From Vermamoeba vermiformis (lineage: Eukaryota), in NCBI GenBank assembly GCA_045837725.1, contig JBEWZL010000103.1, positions 49,265 to 69,264 of the forward strand: 20,000 nucleotides of DNA, read 5' to 3'. The notes beneath the pieces are model-generated. The model made no database searches, was not told the origin of the DNA, and saw nothing but the letters and a program-made list of their open reading frames with translations. The translations under genes were made by a program, and so were the position numbers. Positions 8,322 to 17,702 of this stretch are shown here, piece by piece (within the stretch, counting starts at the first letter, position 1; each line of letters begins with the position of its first letter).

Positions 8322-10758
8322 ATGAGTTCTAAGTAAGTTTCAGACGTAAACAAGCTCTGGAGGCTGACAGAATTATTAATTCAGATCGAATGGAAGTCCG
8401 AAAGGAGCGGACAATGTCATCCGCCAAATGGAGCAAAAAATGAAGGAATATGAATCCGAATTTAAATTCATTTTAGGTACGTCAGAGAAATTGATCTGGA
8501 TCCGAGAAATCTTGACATAGATATTTTAGAAAAATTATTCATCGCATGATTATGATACTATATCCATATATAAACGTTATAGAGCGGTTTTTTGACGTCT
8601 ATAAATTATTTTGAATTTAGATTTTAATTTTCTATTTTCAGATCCAAAACCTTTCATCGCCAGATTGGATGGCAACCGATTCTCGAACTTTATGAAAGGC
8701 TTTCGTAAACCCAACGACTATAGAGGTACCAATAAACGCTTATTAACATCTTTATTTGCTTCTAACGCTAGTTTTCAGTGGATACCGCAATGATTTTGAC
8801 TGCTCAAGACGCCATCATTAGATTTCATTGCGTTTCAGCTTATGTTCAAACCGACGAGATATCTTTAGTAAGCCTTACGTACCATAATGATTCAATTTGG
8901 CTAACCACCAATTTTCTCGATCAGATCTTTCAGAAAAATGAAAACAATAAAGAGCGAGTTTTGCGCTTAGTCTCGATGATATCGGGCTATTGCAGCGTTA
9001 GGTAAGTCATATCGAGAGTTATTTAAGATTCTGGATTAAAGTCCTTTTTTCCAAAAATAGGTTCAACTTCCATTTAGCGAGGCAACAATTCGACAGCGCA
9101 ACTGAAAAAGACGTAAGATCATTTCATATAATATATAACGCTTATATGGTATATATATAATCTAATCATGTTAATAGCTCATCGAAAAAGTCAACAGCAA
9201 CGTCGCTTTTTTTGACTGCCGGATCTTCACTTTGCCGACCGAACTTGACGTTACAGTAAGTCTAACGATATAATAATATGCCACAATAGCTCATACTTGA
9301 CGCTAGCAAAACATTTTCTTGCGAGCTGCTTATGCCCGAAGAAACAGCAAGTCAGTTCTTGGTCGCGCAGTGCTCGGTCATCAAGCCATTCAAAATTTGC
9401 CCTCGGACCTTGTAAGTTTCTGCGACAACTTTAAAAACGGCAAAAACATTGAAATTTCCTTTTTTGGATGATTTTTAATTACGGAAGCTACTCAAAATAG
9501 AACGAGTGGATTTTTTTTTGAACTTTTCGGAATCCAAACCGAACTTGTTTTATTGACGCATATAATTAGATTGCAAAAAGGATCCGAGAAGAAGAAGATG
9601 TTAATTGGGCTGATTTTGCACCGTTCTTCAAGTACGGCGTGGTCCTCAAACGACAGAAAAAAGCGAACAACACGTGCGTGATTAGCTCCGGTCAATTTCT
9701 GCTGCTCAGCTCACAACTGTGCGGACAACGCGTGATGGACTTTGACAACAGAACGGACTACACGGAACAAGAAGTTGTCGCGACAGTTATGGGCCACGAC
9801 AGCAGCGATGTGCCTGTGGGCATGAGTCGATTGTTCACGACGATCAGCGACTTTGTGGCCTTGACTCAGAGTATTGAAGAGGTAAGCGTACTCACTCAAC
9901 TCTGTATGACACGTGTCAATTTGACGTCCTTAAGACATTTCTTCGTGGTACTTGTGAATGAAAGAAATTAACGGCCTTGCGGTCCACAGCAAATTTGTTT
10001 TCAGCGTTGCTGTCTGGCAGAAAATACACGTATAGTACTAACGTCCTTGGTTTAGAAAGTTGAATCCAAGTACGGCCATCACTTCAAAGAGATAGAGCCA
10101 GAGCCTTACGAAGCCAAGTTAAATCGCATCGATGAGTTCTTTGAAGGCATGGAACTCGAGCTCAAGAAAGATGTCAACATGAATTCCCCGCCACCAAAGA
10201 ACAATAATAACAATTCGAAGAATTCTTTAAGCCCTGTTGCGTTAAATTTTAATAGACCAGTGCCGATGCAATTAGAAAATACGCAAATGATCGTCGAAGA
10301 GAATAGTTTGAACGTTCTTGAATTGTGGCACGAAACTCCGAACGTCGTTCAAATCGCTCAAAATGAAATCTCCGAAGGTAATAGTCCGAAACAAGTCATC
10401 GATAAATGGATCAGTTCGATTGGCCAATCTTCTTCGCAAATAAGTAAGGAAATTTTATAGCATATCTTATGACATAAGTTATTAATAACTTTATTAGGGA
10501 TTGATACGGCAAGGTGGAACAATGGCGAAACAACTACGTTCATTACGAAGGTAAACGAAAAGAAATTTGATGTTGATAAGTATTTGCCTAATTAGGAAAT
10601 TTTCATAGGTCATTTTGCCAATTCGGCTGGACCCGTGTCTTGGCGTTAGTGGTGGTCTTGGGGAAAGTACGACGAGTGCCGATGAGTCTTTGCAGCTTGC
10701 GTATAAAGACGCTGTGGATCTGCTCCTAGAGCAAAATCTCATTCAAATAGTCCAGTAA
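8322..10758 (+). CDS. Thg1-like protein (TLP; tRNA-His guanylyltransferase family 3'-5' polymerase) with long C-terminal extension, 496 aa
   Basis: Twelve exons (8322-8332, 8385-8476, 8642-8725, 8779-8867, 8925-9001, 9061-9112, 9178-9255, 9307-9411, 9570-9881, 10056-10443, 10498-10550, 10609-10758; 1491 nt) give one open frame. Family motifs: MKEYE, ARLDGNRFS, FRKPND, AYVQTDEISL, FFDCR, ARRNS and NWADFAPFFKYG. Confidence 0.9.
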
Positions 10759-10946
10759 TAGTAGCTGGTCAACTATTGTACCTAGAAGTGTATTATAAGC
10801 CCTTGTACATTGTAAATTTTTGAATTTTTATTAAACAGACGAAATTTGTTGCTGGTCTAGCTTCATTAAAATGGAATTGGAATACAAGAAAAAATAATAG
10901 AGTTAGTATTTAATATAATGGTACATTCGTGGTACAAAGTTAGTTA

Positions 10947-12729
10947 TTATCCTTCGTTTGCCTCATGCTGCAACAATACACGGATCGAGTTTGAGAGTTC
11001 GTTCTCAAAATCGACATGAGCGCCTTTATACACGTCTTTGATTATGCCTTGCTTATTTAAGACGTATATCGTTGGATAAGAACGAACGTAGCACTTTGTA
11101 GCGAATTTTTTGGATCCGATCAGATTCGGATAATTCAATTTCATATTGTTTAGGACTATGATTGCATCGCTTTGCTTAGCATCTGTATTTACGCCATATA
11201 CTACCAATTTATCTTGCTGAATCTCGGTTTGAAACTGATTGACGATGGCTTTCATGCTCGGCATCATTTTTATGCAGTAAGAGCAATCTCGATGCCAAAA
11301 ATCTAGTATAACGACTTTACCTATAATTGTATTAATATAAATAATATTTGAATGCGGTATTAAAGTTAAAGGCTTACCAAGCAGGTCTGCTGAATTTACG
11401 ATTTTTTCTTTATCTTCAAAGCAGTGTAATTGCCATGGCGTTAATTCCATACCTTTCGTTTCTATTATTTCCGCGAAATCCCATTTCATATGATCAATAT
11501 TATCTTCGTGCATTTGAGTAAATCCGTCGAGAATTTCTTTGGTCAGATCCAAATCCAACTTCTTTTTTGTTGAAACTAATATATCTTTGGCCTTATCGAT
11601 CAAAGTCTGTACAATAGTGCTTATTTTATCCAATTTGTTGCAAAACACTTCGTATTCTAATGTTGCATCCAGACAAAGTTGAAATTCTTTCTCGATCGCT
11701 AAACAAGTTTGTTCATCAATCGTTGTTATATCGATAAGCTTGGTTAATGACTCTTTAGTAGATGGTACTGGATATCCTTCGCTAATTTGGCTTGATATTT
11801 CGACGGGCAAGCATTTCTTCAAGTCGAATCTGATCTTTTGCGAACAAGTTCGTAAGTGGATCCGATCTATTGGGCCTTCAAACTACAGATATATTAGAAT
11901 ATGTTTCATATATGCTATTTATCGGATTCTTACCCTCGATTCAAGCAATAAAATGTCTTGATCCGAACTTTTGAAAGTGTACACGAATTCTTTTTCCAAA
12001 AGAGTGTTTGTAACTTTCCATTCCGTTCTGTATATAATATGCCCTTATTAATACATCTTTATAGTCCTTAGAAGTCGCTTATTAATGATGCACTTACTCT
12101 AAAGTCGGATTCGTAGCCAAGGCTGAAAAAATTTCTTGTGGATCGAAGTCCGTACCCATTTTAGTGTTGTAAACTACTGCTCCATCATCTTTTAAGTAGA
12201 AATATCCGATCTTTTGTCGCGGCTTGGTTTGTTCAATCAACTGGCCATTAATTATTGAGAAAATTCGATTGATCCTGCATAGAACAATGAAAAATTAATA
12301 TTTGAATACATAGTATAATAGTATTATTTAAATATACATGTTCAATTATGCGCTGCTATAATGAATTGGTCAAGCTTGATTACCTTCTAAACCAAATTTT
12401 GACTCGATCAGTCTCCTTTTGCGTGATCCAAAACGAAATATCCGCGGTCCAAGCTGAGCTTTTATTGTTCTTATAATTAAGTCGGCCTAGGAACCAAATA
12501 AAAGTTAGTTTGCGTGTAAGGAGTTTCGCAATTTTCAATAAATAGATTCATTTGCTTTAACGCTTTCATAGCTATTTTTCATATAGCACAATGTAAATAA
12601 TAAAAGTAAAGATTATATTGTTGTGCGCAGCGTAATTTATAAGCGCTAAAGGTTTTTGAAAGTACCTTCTTCACGGTAGATCAATACAGTGCCAGGCTTC
12701 AGCGTGTATTTTACGTTTGATGTATTCAT
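10947..12729 (-). CDS. TlpA/ResA-like thioredoxin-fold (redoxin) protein with an uncharacterised N-terminal region of about 290 aa; 438 aa in total
   Basis: Exons 12729-12666, 12486-12384, 12274-12098, 12027-11934, 11882-11378 and 11320-10947 keep frame (1317 nt). The C-terminal domain has GKVVILDFWHRDCSYC (CxxC at 11285-11274), VYGVNTD and the cis-Pro loop VRSYPTIYVLNKQG. Confidence 0.85.
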
Positions 12730-13147
12730 ATTGCTAGTGATAATAAAATGGGCGCATAAAGTCGCTAGAAACACTGTTCCGGAGTTGTCTACATTAATTT
12801 TCAGTGAAATTACTGCACATCTCCGGCTTAGATATTATCTACGGCAACAAATCAGCCAATTATAACAAATTATATTAAAATTCATTAATTTATACCTGAT
12901 GTCGATAGTAAAAAGACCGTTGGATCGGCAGATCAAAAAAGTGCGCGAAAAGTTGTCAACAAGTGCTGGCTTTTTCTGAATCGATTTGGAACCTGTAAAC
13001 AATTTTATGATACATGTGCACTATTTGTCTCATTTCTATTGTATTGTTTAAATAATTAGGACACTGCAATTTTATTCGTCCGCAGATCTTTTCAGCCAAC
13101 ACCACAACGGTCCATTATTATTACCCTGCGTAGTACCAGCATAAATA
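12730..13147. promoter_or_regulatory. Divergent intergenic/promoter region between the TlpA-like gene and Nup93
   Basis: 418 bp separate the head-to-head ATGs at 12729 (-) and 13148 (+). No credible ORF lies between them. Confidence 0.45.
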
Positions 13148-16100
13148 ATGTCCAAAAAAGTCAATTTTAATAAGCTATTGGAACAATCCAAGCAGCTCAC
13201 GACTCAGTTCCAAGATCAAGGATTCCTCATCCAACGAAATATTGAACAGATCGATGAAGCTTCGAGGAATTTAGTTCAAAAAGTCAGCCAAGAAGAGAAA
13301 AAATCACACCCCAAAGCGTAAGTCCCCATTATGCTCGAAAAATTTAAATGTTGAAGATCGCGCGCATATTTTTTTCTGGTCTGTCTCCCTAATAATTCTT
13401 AATAAACAAATGTTTAATTTATGCTAATAATATCTAAATAATTATAGTAATTTTATTGAGGCTGAAGGATCAGATGAAAAAAAATATCAGCGTTACTAAC
13501 ATTATTTTATTACAGACAAATACTATTGGCCCGCCAAGGCTTTGATACTGAAAAATTAACTCAGAATTTGAGTTCTATCGATTTAAAAACAACTTTTGAA
13601 CCATTGGAATCGATCTCAGAGACCGATCTCGAAAGTTATTTGAAGCATGAACACGAATTGATTGTATTGAGCGCAATTGAAGAAGCTAAGAAAGAGGTAA
13701 TATTAATTATAACAAAAATATAATTATTGAATTTTTTCATTATTTTTAAAATTATTTTTTCGATCGGATCTCGATCTCCGTTACATGTCATTAGCGGCCA
13801 ACTAACACTCGTATAATTTGTGTATATAGACTATTGAACAATATAACTCGAATTTTATCTCACGTATGGAAGACGAATGGGAAGAGAAAAAGCGCGAAAT
13901 TATCGAAATGTTAACGCAGACTGGTCCTGCTTGGGAAGGCTTGCAAAAAACAAAAGAGAAGCCCAAAGGTATATAATATAGCGTATTATACTCTATAGTA
14001 CTATTACTTTCAATATAACTATGGTGCAAATTGATCTTTCGTCTCAATAATTTTTTTCTATCGTGCTGTAGTCGATAATTTTATCAATTTTATTAACGGA
14101 CTTTAATTTAGTAAATTTCCAAACCTCAATGGACATGAAAATGTTGCACTACGCCAAGGTTATTTGCGACTTGAACAACTTCAGACTGCAAAAGAAACCT
14201 TTCGGCCTTGCTACTCGATTGCTAGATGTCGCTAAAAATTTTGAAGATAAGAATATGGTGCGTATAATATACTACTCTCAATTGACTTAACGATTACAAT
14301 TTTGGATCTTGAGATCTTACAAACGCAGTCAATTTCTTTTAACTTTAATTGCAATTTCTGATTTGCTCGGTTTATTACGGATATTTTTTTATCAATTTTA
14401 TTAATTTGTTCGTTTTTTAGCAACGCAAGTTGGAGTTGATTGACTGTTTTGATCTGCTGCGAAAAATGATCGGCGAAGGAGGTGTTTTGCCTGACGGCAC
14501 TATTACGTAAGTATCACTTACCATAAAAGGAAATCATTACAACAAAAATCGAACTTTTAACCGGCATATCGATGCGTGAAAAAAGTTTGCAAAAATTCAT
14601 TTATTGACCATATTTGGCAATACAGACGATCGCCGAGCCGCAACGAGCGAGATTTCGAGCAAGACTTAAAAGTTAATCCGAGTGAAGTGAAAAGATATTT
14701 CTTGAAAGGCGCACGTGACTTTTTGGAAGAGCAGTACAACAACATCATTCAGACCATGACCAAGAACAATCTGCAAAAGGCACAGCTCGGAGGTCGTCCG
14801 ACAACGATTGCGTTCGTCAAGGGCTACTTGAACATATTGTTTAATATTCCTACACAGCCCTTCCCTGATGAATACGAGGTACTTGATCCCACATCCAAAA
14901 TTTTTTCACGGACATTTTTTTGAACAAATTGATCCCCGATATTAATAATATATGTTATAATAATACGTATATTACCGCTTATACTTTAACATTTAAGTAA
15001 TACCATTGCAAATATTTTTTGACCGTTCGCCTAACATTTATTTCCTAATTTAGAAATCACCTGACGGTTATCCCATGTGGGCAGTGATCTACTACTGCAT
15101 TCGATGCGGAGATTTGAACGCAGCTATTCAATACGCCGCGTCAGTACCAGTGCTCGCGAACTTTGTGACGTACATGAAATCGTACACGGACAATCGCGAC
15201 AGAAAATTGCCCGATCAGATTGCAGTGCAAATATTGCAAGAATACAGACAGTTGAGAAACGATCAAGATCCGTACAAATCGATCGTGTTCAATTTGCTCG
15301 GTCGTTGTGATGCCACCAAGTCGTACAACGCTATTAGACGATGGACGACTCAAGATTTTATGTGGTTCAAGGTACGTAATATAAGGAAAAAAGCATAAAA
15401 TAAGGACCCTTGCCATATAATATTTTTTTATCAAAGCCCAAATACCAAAATTATATTGCAAAACTTTCACGCGTCGCAAATATTTTTCCACCAAATTTGT
15501 ATTTTCTTCGTTCAGTGAACAAATTTTTTTCCGCTTCTTCTGAGCACTATGAAATTTATTCCTAAACAACGGTTGTATTTATATCGTCTAGAAATGTGCT
15601 AATCAATCCTCCTATTCACAGTTGAATATGATCACTTCAGTCGAAGAAGTAGCCCCCGCAGTCTCAGTGCTGTCACTGCCGCGCCTTCAATCGTTGTTGC
15701 GCGAGTACGGCCCTGCTCACTTCAACAAGGACGGACAACATCCGCTGTTGTACTTCCAGATCTTGTTGTTGACGCAGCAATTTGAAGTCGTAAGTACAAA
15801 AGACACTTGCCTTAAAAGGAAATAGGACCAGAATCTTTTCCGAACCCAAAAAATATTGATCTGACCGTTGAAATTTATTTTGGTTTCCAAATAAGGAAAT
15901 CTTGATACTTGATGGAGTAGTGCTAATTTGATGCTATTTTTAGGCCATTCAATACCTCGAAAGCACCGGTCAATTCTTCGTTGAAAATCTTCATTTCGCG
16001 CATTGCCTCTATTACTACGGAATTTTGCGACAGCCGCCAACAGTTGCATCGCCTTGTAAGTGAACATCGATAGAATTGCCAAATAAGGAAATTATGTCCT

Positions 16101-17500
16101 AACTTCCGTCATAGTGTTCGGTGAAAACAACAGATTGCCGTACTGCAATTTCATCAAGTTGTTGACGCAGTACGTGAAGAGTTTTATGGTCACTGATTCA
16201 CTTGCCGCACTGCACTATTTGTTCCTTATTCAAGACGAGGCAATCAGGTAAGTATTATGATTTACCAAAAATGGAAATTTCCTCTTTAGGACTTAAACTA
16301 TCCTGAGCTCAAAATTAACTTTTTTTCGTAGAAATCATGCTATTAAAGATCTCGTATTGACTACGGGAGATTTCGATACTTTGTTGGGCCGTACTCAGCC
16401 AGATGGATCTCGCGCTGAAGGTGATTTGGAGAAGTTTGTCAGCCGTGAACAATGGCAACATATTGTCGAATTGGCTGCAAATGACAGTGAAAACAACGGC
16501 AAATACGAAGAAGCGATTAAACTCTATGACTTGTCGCAGGTTCGTACAGACTGCATTTCCTTTTTTGGAAATTTTATAGCACGTGCTTTAACGTACCTGC
16601 CGGCTACTACCATTAATCCCTACATTCGGTCCTAATATCAATTATTATACAGCACTACGATAAGGTGATGTTGCTCATGAACAAGTGTTTGGGTCGCGTG
16701 TTGGTCTCCAGCGATGATTTGAGCAATTTGGGCAACACCACAGCTCTCGAACGCAGCAAATTGATCGAGCTTTCAAATGTCCTCGTCGAGAAGTACAAAC
16801 GTGAATTGGTATGTATATAATATGACTATCACTAAGACCGAAAATATTGGTACAAGATCCGGATCTGATCCGAAAAATTTTTTTCACAGGCGCGCCCAGA
16901 AATGATGAACAAGATTGACGAGCATAATATGATTACTTTTAAGCAACTCAAGGCTTTGTTAGCTTTCTTCGATTATTACAACAATGGAAGATACTACGAG
17001 GCCAGTGAGGTACGTACAACAAAATTTTATTTCCTAATTTAGTAAATTTGCTAATTTTAATATTTTCATGCCATAGTTGATCAAGTCATTGAATATTATT
17101 CCTTTCAATACGAAAGAATTGGAAGATAAGGTCAATAACTTTAAGACATTGAGCGAGTCCATCAGACGAAACTTTGCAGAAATTTTGCTCGCAACGATGA
17201 CTTGCCTATTTAAGATTTATACGAACGTCAAAGCTGAAGCCGCTGTTGATCCTAGCCGCGTTCAGGTAACAAAATATACCTTACTAAACATTCCTGAATA
17301 ATCACTCCAGTTAATTTTTATTAAGACTGCCAGTCTTGAAACTATGATATGGTTATATATTAATTTTAATGCTTTTATAGTTCTTGGAACGATTGAAAAC
17401 TGAAGCACGTGCGTTGATCATGTTTTCGGGCATGATCCAGTTCAGAATGCCCGGCGATACGCACTCAAAGTTGTTGCGCATGGAAGTTTATATGAATTAA
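13148..17500 (+). CDS. NUP93: Nucleoporin Nup93/Nic96
   Basis: Multi-exon gene. N-terminus FNKLLEQSKQL..IQRNIEQI..AQILLARQGFD..TTFEPLESISETDLESYLKHEHE; internal GARDFLEEQY, AQLGGRP, WAVIYYCIRCGD, DPYKSIVFNLLG, TTQDFMWFKL and YFQILLLTQQFE; C-terminus ALIMFSGMIQFRMPGDTHSKLLRMEVYMN*. All are characteristic of Nup93. Confidence 0.95.
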
Positions 17501-17702
17501 GATTATTGCTTATCTGATAATCAGCAAGCTAATAAAATAAATGTTTTTTTAACTTTTGAAACAGTTTCAACAACATCCGCAAGGAATACTAGTTTTTTTT
17601 CTACCAACGAAGACTTTAATAACGGAGCTACCAACAACAAGCAGCCATAGTAAATTTGTGATTTATTATTAACATTTAAGCTACAGTATGGATACGACTA
17701 AC

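Noticed and set aside
9975-10020. Possible guide pairing of the intronic hairpin to the conserved LSU rRNA GCUGGGUUUAGACCGU segment
   Set aside because: The pairing needs about five G-U wobbles and the pocket geometry is off, so it is too weak to claim a target.
10149-10460. 103-aa ORF as an independent gene
   Set aside because: It is in frame with an upstream acceptor at 10055 and splices cleanly to TLP exon 9, so it is better explained as an internal TLP exon.
15077-16887. Antisense or off-frame ORFs of 70-142 aa inside Nup93
   Set aside because: They overlap well-supported Nup93 exons and run into low-complexity intron sequence.
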